Positions 13,356 to 26,209 of a DNA stretch of 64,000 nucleotides are shown here, piece after piece. The stretch spans positions 72,336 through 136,335 of the forward strand of contig NMRA01000300.1 of the NCBI GenBank assembly GCA_002633005.1. The letters run 5' to 3'. The notes under the pieces were generated by a model that saw only the letters and a list, made by a program, of their open reading frames with translations, was not told the origin of the DNA and did not search any database. The translations under genes were made by a program, and so were the position numbers. This stretch comes from Phoronis australis (lineage: Eukaryota > Animalia > Phoronida). Position 1 is the stretch's first letter. The number at the start of each line of letters is the position of its first letter.

Positions 13356-14786
13356 GCCTTTAGTAGTGATGGTTAACTAAATGTCAAAGACGTCAACGTT
13401 ATGGCAATCAGCTGATAGATTTATAATTACCAGGTGTTCTTGTATGCAGCGATGCGTCAACATCGCGCAAAAACCGACAACTCAAATACGTATTAACGAC
13501 TTACATTTCATAACGTGACTTTCATCAATTTTCCGCTTCTTGTGCCTGTCCCCCAAAATTTATTTGTGACTAGACTCGAAAATTGACCAGCAATAGCGTG
13601 TCACCAATTGGAGGATACTTTCGAAGTTGAATTGCCTCCAATGGCGACTGACGGTCCTGTGCCCTCGTCACGATTTGCGATCATAATGAACAATAATTTG
13701 ATTGAAATTTTAAGACTGAAAATTTAAGTCGATAATCGAGAGAGTTAAATTCCTGTATTTGTCGCCCTCGTATAGAAAACGGAAAACGAGATCTTTGTAG
13801 AAGCAAATTACCTTCACAGGAATGTTGCATATTAACCTGGCATGGTCATTCGACAAATAGTCCTCTATTTCCGAATGTTAACGGACTACGTTTGTATTCT
13901 TATGTTTTATATTCGTTATACATAGACGCATTTCACAAACCAATCCCGCCAAATCTAAACTTCGTCATCTCTCAAACGTTTAAGTTCCTAAAGGTTCAAG
14001 CAAAACACAAGTGCTTGCAACATCAGTGAAAAAAAAGCTTGTTGGGCAATATTCTGATCACGTGCACAATATTCAGAGCACGTGCACAAATTCGAGCAAT
14101 TAAACCTACAGTTCGTCCTGCTTAATTTGCTAAAAACGAAAATCGAATAATGACGTTTACTCTCATGGTATTGATCTCGTTATGTCCCTTACCGTTGCGG
14201 GATTCTATATTACACCGAAACCACCAGAGATTCAAATAACGGGTCAAAGTTTATTGTGATTGGCCAGCCCAAACATTGTGATCTTTAAAGTGATACATGT
14301 AAGTATTGTCTGGCTTGAGTTGGTAACGGAAATAGAGTCTTGTCACGATAAAGACTATTTGAGGCTGAATTTTTAGAGTAAATTACCTAATTCGATTTTC
14401 ATGTTTAGGCAGCGAAACCAGGCGAGGTGTAGCTTCAAGGTTTATTTCTAGTGAAACGACAAGGATAAATGTGATGACGTCACGATTCCCAAGAGGTCGA
14501 TGAGTTCGCGTGGGACCGTAAAGCTTGACGGAATCGTCTAAATGATTCCAAAGGGGTTTGCGCCAAACATGCTGAGCAAGTCTGTCATATGTAGAACACA
14601 CAGGATTACACCTTGGATAAATTGACGAATATTGTATAAAATGACCATAATGATTTTTGCCAACCATTACATTTTTCGGTCATAACTAGAAAGCCTCTGT
14701 TTTCCGTCTTCATTGCCCAATCCCAGAATTGTAAGTGTTGATTACTGATTCTCGCGGCATTTTACGAAACGAATGTCCTGTTTCAG

Positions 14787-14925
14787 ACTGCACAGTTGGT
14801 GGTCACTTTCGTCCTATTTGTGCTCATCGTCATTGGCAACGCCTGCGTTATAGCCGCCATCATGAGCAGTAAGACGGGTCGAAGGTCAAGAATGAATTTC
14901 TTCATTTTGAACCTAGCGGCAGTTG
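14787..14925 (+). CDS. CCAPR: CCAP/NPS-type GPCR exon 2 (TM1-ICL1-TM2)
   Basis: TTTCAG acceptor; TAQLVVTFVLFVLIVIGNACVIAAIMSSKTGRRSRMNFFILNLAAV (GN and SRMNFFI motifs); G|GTGAGT donor, phase 1. Confidence 0.93.
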
Positions 14926-15105
14926 GTGAGTGTAGGACGTTTAATACTAGAGCCCTATAATAATAAACTTTATTTATAGAGGATAAAATACAATAGATAT
15001 AAAACATGCTTCACCCAAAGGCTAATATACTGCATGATCCTCTACAGCAAAAAATTGAATTAAATAAAGTAAGACAGATCAATAGATTAAATTAAGCTAC
15101 ATTAA

Positions 15106-15802
15106 AGGAGAATGCCACCCTATTTAATTAGTCTTTTTTACCGTCTTAATCGGTCGCCTCTAATATGGTGGACCTCACCTTCCCGAGAGGTGTCGCGTTA
15201 ACCTGTGAGGAAGGTGAGAGACGTTTAGTTTCCAACTCAAGCTGGTTCATGTTCGTGACAGTCCCGGCGGCCACGACGGGCCTGATCGGGTTCCGAGCCA
15301 CTGGTCGGGATAATAAGCGGGTTCTGTGTTTACAACTCAAAAAATCATAAGTCTAAATAACACAGTTCTAGGTTCTCCTGTCCGTATTTCACGGAAGAAT
15401 ACTTCGAATTTATGTCCGAACAGACCCCAAACTCCTGCTATGGACCTTGGTAAATTGGCCTGCCGAACTTTGTAGGCTACGGTGGGTCCAAATACCAGTA
15501 AATCCGTAACAGGGAAATAAAACAAGACGTTTTTATAAGAACTCGGTGTATTTTTAAGGGTTTTATATTGAAGTTTGATTATTTATTGGGTGTTAAACGA
15601 TGAATTCAAATGATAACCTGACACCAGTAACCCGTGTTGTGAACTGCTGAACAGACTGCGTGTGAAACCAATTACGTCATTGGATAATTTCAACACCTCC
15701 GTCTGCCGTCAGGTGTCAGGTAACGCCATCGTGCCGTTATCGAGTAGAACTACTCGACCTAAATTGATAGAAAATGGGTTGTTTTTTGGGTGGCATTCTC
15801 CT
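15106..15802 (-). mobile_element. Kolobok-type element, copy 2 (internally deleted, 697 bp)
   Basis: TTAA at 15102-15105 and 15803-15806; perfect TIR AGGAGAATGCCACCC; colinear with the reverse complement of both ends of copy 1, lacking ~1 kb of the middle. Confidence 0.9.
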
Positions 15803-16419
15803 TTAAATTAAACAGTATTTACAAACTGGATTTATAGACTGAATAAAAATAAATAAATAAAAACTTTTCTATGGTAAATACATTGGAGTACCTGATGAGT
15901 CTGAAATCATCACAACGGTCTGCCTCCTTTAGATACATGTCCAGCTGAATGAACCTTTCTACGGTTGAGGTTTGCGGAACACGCCACCTGTTGGCTGGAC
16001 AACCTACATGTACGTGTACCTTCACAGATTTCGTTGGTTCATTCTGTTTAGGATGACCGCCATCCCACCGTGCATTTTGGTGTGACGTATAAAATCTCCG
16101 TCAACCAACAGAGTAACACTAGGACCTACGAGAGATATTGTCGTGTATTTTAAATAACACATGATTTTGGCTAGATTTTTCAAGTTCTCAGTAACTGAAC
16201 TCTACCCAGTTACGTAAAAGCGGTGACCTGACATTTCATACTACACCTTGTTCATATTTCCGAAAAAGTTAAGTCTGTCGTTTCTTAGTTTTTACACCAC
16301 CTCGGATTTAGTCTAGATGAGCATTAAAGCCCTGTGTGAGAGCATAAAGCGATCTGAGTACACAGAATAACCGTCTTCAGTCAAAACTTCAAATCAACAC
16401 TTTTCTGATTTATTTTCAG

Positions 16420-16523
16420 ATCTCGCTGCGGCTTTTTTCGGCGTGCTCCCTGATGCAGTCCTGAGAGCTGTCGGGTTTTGGTATGCCGGAGTCGTCATGT
16501 GTAAAATTGTCGAGTTCTTGAAG
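16420..16523 (+). CDS. CCAPR: CCAP/NPS-type GPCR exon 3 (TM2-ECL1-TM3)
   Basis: TTTTCAG acceptor; (D)LAAAFFGVLPDAVLRAVGFWYAGVVMCKIVEFLK with WxAG..CK motif; AAG|GTAATC donor. Confidence 0.93.
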
Positions 16524-17692
16524 GTAATCGCATCAGGTTCATCGGGTAAACTCAATAGAACGTGGGTGTTCGTGTATAGAACTGTCGAAAAAACTGAGTG
16601 TAAGCAATTCAAAACTGGGAAAAAGAGAAATTAGGGTGACGGCCAGCTTCAGTCTCCAGCCCATATCCAACAATAATCGACCATGTCGAAAACCTTTTGC
16701 AGTTTATTTACACGTATCCTTTCATATGCATAAAGCCATTTTATGCGGCCACAAAAATAACGCTATATGTTGGCGCAAGTTTCAATGATCTCTGTCCGGT
16801 ACCCGGATGGACTGTCTCTTGATCTTCATAAAAGGGGGAGAGTTCGGCGGACCTTGATTTTGGAACTGGTCCGACTGCTATGCCCCTTGCCCCCCGGGGA
16901 GGCAATTTTAGTTTTCTTTGATGATGCCTCAATGTCTACCAAGTTGCGTGATGGATGTTAATTAAGTTTGACAAATAACTTAAAGCTACTTTCCAGGAAA
17001 CGATGGATTGACGTATGTTGCGTCAGTTGATGGCTTACTTAGCTGTGTTTTCGCGTCTATATTTTTGTCGTCCACCTCCCTACTCCCCAAATTCCTTGAA
17101 GAATCACAACAAAATGTGCCGGATGTATTCCTTAGCGGTGACATGATGAAATATGCATTGTCGCTATATGGCGATAATGTATTTGACGTGTAGCGTTCTG
17201 CATTATCGCATGGATTTAATCCAGTATGATAGCTCCCGGGCCGTTTTAAGCATTCTTTGCAACCATCATGGTGTTGTCGCAGGAAATATAGTGCCAGGGG
17301 AATTGTGAAACCGACTGACCTTGTGTAAGTCATTTGGAAATTCGTTGTGCATAAGAGAAACAACAACTATACGTACATACATGTATGAACAACGGTACAG
17401 AGACAAACAATCAGTTTTAATTACACAGACTTAGTTTAGACAATATGGAATATGATAAAGTGAGTCATAAGTTAATTTGGTCTAGACTTAGGTTACGGAA
17501 ATTATGATGAATTATTGTGGAAAACAGGTCTTACGTCGCTATTAAGGGCAATCAGGTACGTGGCCATCGTGTATATCCCTTGCGTGTCCTGAAATTGTCT
17601 TAACATTTCGACATCTAGATATTTTTGCCGATACTCAAAAAGTCTAGTAGATATCAATTAATACCAATTCATTTCCAGTCACAGAACAATGC

Positions 17693-17842
17693 CAGTGGCG
17701 GACTTAGGGGGGCCAAGGGGGTCATGCCCCCTAAAATTCTTCCGGGTTCTATTTGGCAGTGGAGGTGCGAATGTCTAACGAGCAATATCCTAGCTGATAC
17801 TCTGACCTGCCCCCCTAACTCAAAATCCTTGATGCGCCCCTG
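17693..17842. mobile_element. Short G/C-tract MITE (hAT5-like family)
   Basis: CAGTGGCGGACTTAGG ... CCTTGATGCGCCCCTG; flanks AATGC/AATCC; shares CCCCTAAAATT and CCTAACTCAAAATC with copies at 19767 and 22995. Confidence 0.7.
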
Positions 17843-17944
17843 AATCCATGCTGTTTGATATTAGGCAAGCACTGTTGATTTCGAATTTGCTTTAATCCCC
17901 TTGCGTCATATGATGTCAGGGTACTTGATTTGCACTAGGTCCGA

Positions 17945-19145
17945 TTGTAGTATTTGTTGCTGCACCGTCAAAATAATACAGTTCACACAAAAACAGCCCA
18001 CATCGCAAAATGCCCGTAAATGAGAGAAATTGCATATGTCCCTCTTATTTGCTCACCAGAATTAGAAATTGGACTTTGCCAAAGAAGCTTTTCTGCTCTC
18101 GACACCCCTTAAAGAAGAATGTCTCCCGATTTAATTAGTCTTTTTTACCGTCTTAATCGGTCTACATCCAGATCGCCTCTTATACTGTCGACCTAACCAT
18201 GTCGAGAGGTGTCGCGTTAACCTGTGAGGAAGGTGAGAAACGACGCAGCGACGTCAGTGGTTCGTCTGCCGAGTGAATGCCGGTATATTGCGGTGCATCG
18301 TTCCTGCTTGTCTGAACTATGAAGCTGCGAAAAAAGCGGATATATCGTTTTCCGACTTCCTCGAGAGCCCGAAATACTTAGAAAGTGGCTCGCGGTAGTG
18401 AAGAAAGAAAGGCACGTTGTTAATAGCAAGTATGAGGCCGTGAAACATCTCCGTGTCTGTGGCCGGCATTTAGTCGACAGTGATTTCTCTGACGAATTCC
18501 GGCTTACCAAAGAACTATCCATAGGTTCCGTTGCATGTTCATGGCGCCTCTCTATTTCTTGATCAGTGTATTCCGGTTCGAACTGNTTGTAGTATTTGTT
18601 GCTGCTGCACCGTCAAAATAATACAGTTCACACAAAAACAGCCCACATCGCAAAATGCCCGTAAATGAGAGAAATTGCATATGTAGAATGTCTCCCGATT
18701 TAATTAGTCTTTTTTACCGTCTTAATCGGTCTACATCCAGATCGCCTCTTATACTGTCAACCTAACCATGTCGAGAGGTGTCGCGTTAACCTGTGAGGAA
18801 GGTGAGAAACGACGCAGCGACGTCAGTGGTTCGTCTGCCGAGTGAATGCCGGTATATTGCGGTGCATCGTTCCTGCTTGTCTGAACTATGAAGCTGCGAA
18901 AAAAGCGGGTATATCGTTTTCCGACTTCCTCGAGAGCCCGAAATACTTAGAAAGTGGCTCGCGGTAGTGAAGAAAGAAAGGCACGTTGTTAATAGCAAGT
19001 ATGAGGCCGTGAAACATCTCTGTGGCCGGCATTTAGTCGACAGTGATTTCTCTGACGAATTCCGGCTTACCAAAGAACTATCCATAGGTTCCGTTGCATG
19101 TTCATGGCGCCTCTCTATTTCTTGATCAGTGTATTCCGGTTCGAA
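17945..19145. other. Apparent tandem duplication across a single N (probable uncollapsed haplotypes)
   Basis: 17945-18585 is repeated at 18587-19145 around the N at 18586, with a few SNPs and indels. Confidence 0.8.
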
Positions 19146-20653
19146 CTGACAGCCCATGAAACCTGACGATCCGACCCGCGAAGTCATCGTTGGATAAGCT
19201 CTTGACTAAGTCGGGATTAGCGCCGGACGAGTTGCCATGCAGACGTTTATTTTTCTGAAACAAAGCCTGTCTCATTAAATACAGTTTGTAATGCCTTTAC
19301 AGTATTCGTGAGTGCAAATGTTGAGAAGCCAGTAATGAATAAACCACTGCGTTACCGGCTTTTGATGCCGGCAATAAAGGTAATTGACCGGGCACCGAGG
19401 CGGTGTGAGCGCATTCTAATTCACTGTTTGCTGACAGAAAGTTGTTGTGAAACAATTACTCGATTTTACATGCTATGGTAACATTTTAGGGGAATCTTTA
19501 TTTAGAAATACAAATACATTATTTAAATCATTGATTCTGTACAACGTTTGCGCTGACGGTCTGTGGAAGGGGAACCCGACTTCGCGGCCCCCGACAAATA
19601 GGTAGATTTTCAGTTTCGTGGCTAATTCACATAAATAGTTACGTACACATTATTTCTTTGGCTAACTATTATAGTCTTTTCGTGACTGGAGGTTTAGTTT
19701 CCAACTCAAGCTGGTTTATGTTCGTGCCAGTCCCTGCGGCCGCGACGGGCACGATCGGTTCGGAGCCAGTGGCGGATTGTAGAGGAAGGGGGCCGAAGGC
19801 ACCATGAACCCCCTAAAATTCTACCAGATACCATTTTAGAGTTCGGGTGCGAATTGCTGACTAGCGCACATGCGTGCATCCAAGGGGGCTCAAGGAAGGG
19901 GGGGTGAATAATCAAATCAATGCATAGGCCCTGAACAAACCCCATTTACCTTTTTTTAGTCAACAGGTCCGCAAACCAAAATATTCGAGACCCCTGCATC
20001 CCCACATTTTAGGCTGGACGCGCATCTGCCCAAATTCTGGTTATTCCTATGCCCTAGCCCGCCTAACTCAAAATCTTGGATCCGCCCCTATGAGCCACTG
20101 CCTGGGATAACGGGTCAGTCCGGCCGCGACGGGCCTGATCGGGTTCCGAGCCACTGGCCGGGATAACAAGCGTTTTGTGTGTTTAGAACTCAAAAATCAC
20201 AAGTCTAAATAACACAGATCTATGTTGTCCCATCTTTTTTCACGAGAGAATAACTCGAATTTATCTCCGAGCAGACCCCAAACTCCTGCTACGAACCTTG
20301 GTAAATTGGCCTGCCGAACTTTGTAGGCTACGGTGTGTCCAAATACCAATAAATCCGTAAGAGCGAAAAATACAAGACGTTTTTTTAAGAACTCGGGATA
20401 TTTTAAGGGTTTACATTGACGTTTGATGATTTATTGGTGTTAAACGAGGAATTCAAGTGATAAGCTGACACCAATAACCCGTGTTTTGAACTGCTGAACC
20501 GACTGCGTGTGAAACCAATGACGTCATTGGATAATTTCAACACCTCTCTCTGCCGTCAGGTGTCAGGTAACGCAACCGAACGTGCTGTTATCGAGTAGAA
20601 CTACTCGATCTAAATTGATACAAAGTAGATTGTTTGTTGGGTGGCATTCTCCT
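18113..20653 (-). mobile_element. Kolobok-type element, copy 3 (with nested MITE and assembly duplication)
   Basis: TTAA at 18109-18112 and 20654-20657; degenerate left TIR AGAAGAATGTCTCCC, right TIR GGGTGGCATTCTCCT; full-length reverse-complement match to copy 1. Confidence 0.88.
19767..20090. mobile_element. G/C-tract MITE nested in Kolobok copy 3
   Basis: CAGTGGCGGATT ... GGATCCGCCCCTA interrupts the host at GAGC^CACTG; flanks GGAGC/TGAGC; body closely matches 22995-23279. Confidence 0.8.
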
Positions 20654-22560
20654 TTAAGTCTTGTTCGTTGAATGTTTCCTTGCTCGGACGGATTAGGCGA
20701 ATGCTCTGCTCCTTTTTCGTTATTTATTTTTCTGCTGTCGTGTTTCTATCTTAGAAAATTATGAAAGGTATCTATGTGAAAATCTGAATAGTGCTGCACT
20801 CCGTAGTGGCGATTTAATTTTTGGAGTCCAGGACAGAGTTTCGAAGACGCAAGACTCTCGCGAAGTAAGTGAATGTGATCATGCGCTTCGCTGGTAGTAC
20901 AGGTCGAAGTCTTGGGTTATGCTACCTTTTTTGCGAGGTTCTTGTATCTTCGGGACCAGCCCCATCTCTCTCTCAGCCAAACCGCTTGAGTGGTCACATA
21001 TCAATGCTCTGCGAATTGCTCTTGGAATAAAAATAAGCGCACGTTTCTTTGCAACCAAATGACGTCTTTGCTAGGTGTTAATCGTGGTTTTTACCTCTAT
21101 ATTAGGTATCACCGTCTCGGTATTACTGTGCAAGAGGATTAGAATGGATTGATTGAGATGCTAAATAAGAATAAAGGGAAGATAATGGAACTGATTTTGA
21201 TAACGAGGCTGGTTTAATAGCAGTAAGGTGCTTAAACAGTGCAGTAATCAAAATCATCTTTATTTATAATAACGAAATAAGCTTTTCAATAATAAGAACA
21301 ATGACATCTTCACTGATAATACTAATAATAATTAACTTCCCCATAAAGTAATTGTGCCGTTTATTTTTCACAGCCAGTTTCCAGTAAATCACGAATATGG
21401 GCTTGATGCATTAGTGTATGTGTCCAGTAGGAGGTTATTTACAATTTGAAGTATGTCTTAAGAGTTCTTGTATTACAGTGGGAGAACACAGTTTTATAAA
21501 AAATCACTAGTCAGAAAACGAAGGTCACAAAACAACTGATTTAAGCATTGCTGCTTCCCGGCTTAAATTTGAAATGTTCAGAGTACTGCTGAGGCCATCC
21601 TCTAGTGGATCACATTAGTATAAAGGTTAGTTGAACATGAAATGCTTAAAGAAATCCAGCGTTTATGTTATCCACTCACCAGTCCTCCTGGTGCGTCACT
21701 TCCTGTTTAATCAACACCTAAACTGGAACAGGTCGATCACACATACAAAGCCATGACGTTTCAACCCCACAGCCTCGTATCCACACCAACCCCACAGCCT
21801 CGTATCCACACCAAGTACTTTCCATAACTAATAAACCTGTCCAACGCCTCAGCAAGTGCAACCAGTTTCAAAAATCCACCAGGTTTGACGGGGTGTGCCA
21901 ACCGGTCAAAAATTGGGCCGCTTTGTCACGCCAATGTCATGTGACCCTTCAATTCCTTGTAGTGGTACTTTTCAATTGCAATCATGGCAAGAGACACTTC
22001 GAGACAAGTTCGTGAGAGTTAATTTCGCGATTTCCATGTTAGATTTCAACATCAAAAATTGTGCCTTTAACATTTAAACCTAAAGTCATCTTTCTAGACC
22101 AATGAACTGTTGTTAAATGCAGTTTGTGACTATCGTTTTATGACTGGAGTTTTTTCGTAAAATCGTGTCCTCTCGCGATATATGTAATCGTCGAGGTTAA
22201 ACTGGACTCAAATTTGGAACGAAAAGCGCACCAGGCAATGACTTTTTGATAAGGTTAATATAATAATAATGATAATTAATATCGGTGACGACTTCTCAAA
22301 TGAGTGAACGCCCTCTGTTTACATGCTTAAAAGGATCCTAAACCCTGATCTCAACCAGTTCTTGTTCTGCAACTTAAGGGATTATCCATGCTTGCAGGTT
22401 TAGCAGTCTTTGTAAGGAGTTTTCAAGTATTCTCCAGCATGTTGACAATTAAAAATGTTACAGAGAGTTAGATAGGAAAGTCATTGTTCATGTTCACGCT
22501 CATGCCGCTGACACGCACTGACAGTTATGATAAACATTGCGTGTTTTCGTGACGTTTCAG

Positions 22561-22654
22561 CAAACTGTGGCCTTCGCCTCCACCTACGTGCTGGTCGCGC
22601 TGAGCATTGACAGGCTGGACGCCATCGCCCGGCCGATGAGTTTCGGAAGCAGCG
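22561..22654 (+). CDS. CCAPR: CCAP/NPS-type GPCR exon 4 (TM3-ICL2)
   Basis: TTTCAG acceptor; QTVAFASTYVLVALSIDRLDAIARPMSFGSS, the STYVLVALSIDR.DAI..PM.F signature of CCAP/NPS receptors; G|GTGAGT donor. Confidence 0.95.
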
Positions 22655-22994
22655 GTGAGTCGAGCGTAGTGTGTTAATAATATAAATACAGCCATGGCAT
22701 GGAAAATCTGGAAGTGCGAGTGTACCCAGCTAAACCAATACCCCCTTCTGTGCCATAGCTACACCAATATTTGATTAGACGTCTTGACCCACGTTGTTAT
22801 AAGAAGCGCCATCTATCAGTAAGCAGCGAGGCTAATCTCAGGCAGCGTTCGGGAAATACTATTATACTATTATCTTGAAACACTGCGTTTCTTGTAATCG
22901 CCGAGTGTAATGTTTAGTGTCGTGTCACAAAATAATATATTAGAATAAGGCAACTTAACACCTCTAGTTTTTCTATTTGTTATGTTGTGATCGG

Positions 22995-23279
22995 CAGTGG
23001 TCCCCCTAAAATTTTACCAGATACCGTTTGGCAGTTCGGGTGCGAATTGCTGAGTAGCACATGCGCGCAACCAAGGGGGCTCGGGGGGTGAATAAACAAT
23101 GCATAGGCCCTGAAAAAACCCCGTTTACCGTTTTTTATTTAGGCAAAAGGTCCGCAAACCCAAAAATTCGAGACCCCTGCATCCCTACATTTTAGGCTGG
23201 GCGCGCGCATATGTCGAAATTCTGGTTATTCCTGTGCCCTGCCCCCCCCCCCTAACTCAAAATCCTGGATCCGCTCCTG
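22995..23279. mobile_element. G/C-tract MITE with perfect 5-bp TSD
   Basis: CAGTGG ... GGATCCGCTCCTG; ATCGG at 22990-22994 and 23280-23284. Confidence 0.82.
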
Positions 23280-26057
23280 ATCGGAATTTATAGCCACCAA
23301 AGGAGCGCTCAATATAAATTTAGTAGTAGCACGACGCCTAGTTTCGCTTTACTACATCCCAAAGTGCAGGCAAAGGAAACAATTCAACATTGGGTTGTGA
23401 CGTTTTAATGACGTATTAATCTACATGAAGAGAAACACAGTTTTGCCCAGCAAATCAAAAACTTATCTTTGATATTTGTAATGTCTTGTGAAGCACACTA
23501 TAATACATGTGGTTTTCATTATGAAATGTGTCAGTACGCCTTGTCCGCTTGAAGTATTTACAATTCTCTAGTTTTGACAGTCATACATGTAGGTGGCGCC
23601 AATTTTGATCATGAGCTTACGCCAACATCTAGACACGATATTGTGCTTTGGAAACCCGCGGATTGACTGGGAGAGTTGAACGGAAATTGCATAAGACATG
23701 GGGTCAAGGAGCGCGCATAAAAACAATCAAAAGACGATAGCGTGTTGTTGATTTTAGGGGATTCGATGCTGCACCAATTTATCGCTTTTTAATTTTCGTA
23801 TGTTCTATTTGCACACTAAAACTTTGCAAAACTGTGGGGGTTACTTAATTTTTAGGTTTTCCGCTGTATCCCCCTAAACAAAGACACCTCTAGATAAATG
23901 TGAAATTTACCTGACCAGTCATAAATAAACCAACTGTAATACAATTAATGAATGAAATTTTGTTCAAAATAATTTAATTTTATTGTATGATGCCATTTTA
24001 AGACTGTTTCTCCCGTTTTAATGATTCTTGTACATCATTTTTCCAGATTTTGAGAACATCAAATGTTACCATTTGGCCGTTTAATAAAAGTTAAACCGTT
24101 GATTATTCGACGTATTAATTTGATACCCATTGTTTTTCTGTGAAATAAGAAAACAACATCGATCATCGACTTCGTTTTTAACTGTATTTAAATGAACTCA
24201 AACATTAATGCGAAATTTGACTTTCTCAAAAGCCCGCCAAGTTCACGATGACGAGTACCCCGCTGCGTTTTACCGGATGGCGATAGTTGGACAATGGAAT
24301 AAGTTTAATGGATGAAAAATATCTAAGACAAGAAGCTTTTTCTTTAGATAAAAATGCAAGTGCTTAATTGCCTCCGTGCTTATCGGAAACCCAAGAAATC
24401 CAAGACCTGCAAGATTTTTGAAAATGTGTTGCGACTGTGCATTCTTATTCCTGCCTGTAGGTCCAAATCGCGTCACATTAGTGGCGAATACGTCACCACT
24501 AAACATCCGATTAAATCATAGACTATAGTACATGGACCGCTTACTCCGTATATTTTCAATGGATGAAATCTGTGATCTTCTGCATAAGCCGAGACGTCAT
24601 TATTCACTAGCCACAGCTGGCAGGCGTATCACGCTTTACTTCCGGCAAGTACGTCGTCTGCTAACCATGGTCTACTCAAAAACCAGTCTCGCAGTTCAGC
24701 AGTTTGCATACTCCACGAGACGTTTCATTTTAATCTCGTATGCACGCCGGTGTCGCTCAAAATTTCTGGATTCTACTATTGGAAGACCTTGAAGAGCGCT
24801 TCAATCAGATGGCGATTTTTTTTTCGTTTTACTAGACATTTCCCGTCACAACGCACTAACCAGAAGCTGAGTTTGCTATGTTTAGAGGCTGGCGCCTCCT
24901 CTCGGATATTTAGCAACAAAATTTCGGTGCGAATCTGTTGGCTATAATCTACATGTATGATTAAATTAATCAGTTTCCCAAAAACGCTGCTTTGCTACTT
25001 TTTGGCAAACTGTGTAACGGGACCCTCTAAGTGGTGTTATCTAACGGCAGTTTTCTATAATTTTGGACTTCGAATATTTGTGAATCGGAGATATACTGGA
25101 AGTCGCTCAAACGTAAAACAACCATCGTCTAACGAACGCATTCCGTTTTCAAAATAATTTCAATCGATAATTTCAATAGATGACAATTCACGTTTTCGCC
25201 GGAGGTGTCTCCGTTTAGGCGGCCATATTGGACAAAATTATTCGCTGATCACCATTTTGTTTTGCAGATTTGTAGTAGGCAACAGCCAAAATACAATTTC
25301 AAAGGTTAAACGAATATTCAGCCGGTTGACGTCACTGGAGTTGCAATCTTATATCTATGAATGCACTCATGTTAAGAATGGTGGTAAATATACCGCTGGG
25401 ATTGTAACGATTAAGTATCCCCCAGGGTCCTTCGTGATTGTCAGTTTTCATTTGCAGCAACACTTCCAGTAAAATAAATGCCATCGGGAACACGTCCCGA
25501 AATGATCTGGTTTTGGTACGCTTGCTGGTGACTTTGTCATGTTTGCTTTATGCTTGTGGGATTTGACAACGGTAACTATGGTGGGAGGGTAAACAGCCGT
25601 GAAATCCTGGGAAGATAACTTATCACATGAGTGACTTATAGGTCATGGATTTTACCATTTTAATGGACCCAGACAAAGCACGAACATCGAATCATCCGCG
25701 CGAACCACCTGTCAACGGTAAATTATATTTGTTTTCAAAGGATGTGGTTCGTCTGTTTGATTCAGTGTTTAGTGCGAATAATTGTGCGGATCAAGTGGAT
25801 GGCTATATGCTCGTGTATATGTTGTGTTGACGTAGGAAACACTTGTGCCGCACCTTCCTAAGGACAAGGGCAATTTTAGACAATGACTTCCTCGTCAGAA
25901 CAATAGCATCATTTGCAATTGCAATTAGGAACGGTTTGAAAATATTTAAAAAAAGAATGCATTGATTCATGGCGTTCTATTTTAAATATTTTCAAACCAT
26001 AGTTGGTTGATTTCGCTTGCATATTCCTTATTGAAAATCACGTCCTTATGGTTTTAG

Positions 26058-26209
26058 GTAAACGTGCCAAAATCCTGATAGCTATAGCCTGGATTACTTC
26101 CGTTGTCTTCTCCCTACCGTCGTTGTATCTCTATGACACACACGTTTACCCGTGCACGGACGTGACATGGTGCAACAACTTGGGCCTTAAAACTGTCCTT
26201 CATTTCCAG
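26058..26209 (+). CDS. CCAPR: CCAP/NPS-type GPCR exon 5 (TM4-ECL2)
   Basis: TTTTAG acceptor; (G)KRAKILIAIAWITSVVFSLPSLYLYDTHVYPCTDVTWCNNLGLKTVLHFQ with TM4 AW..S..FS.P; CAG|GTAAGA donor. Confidence 0.93.
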
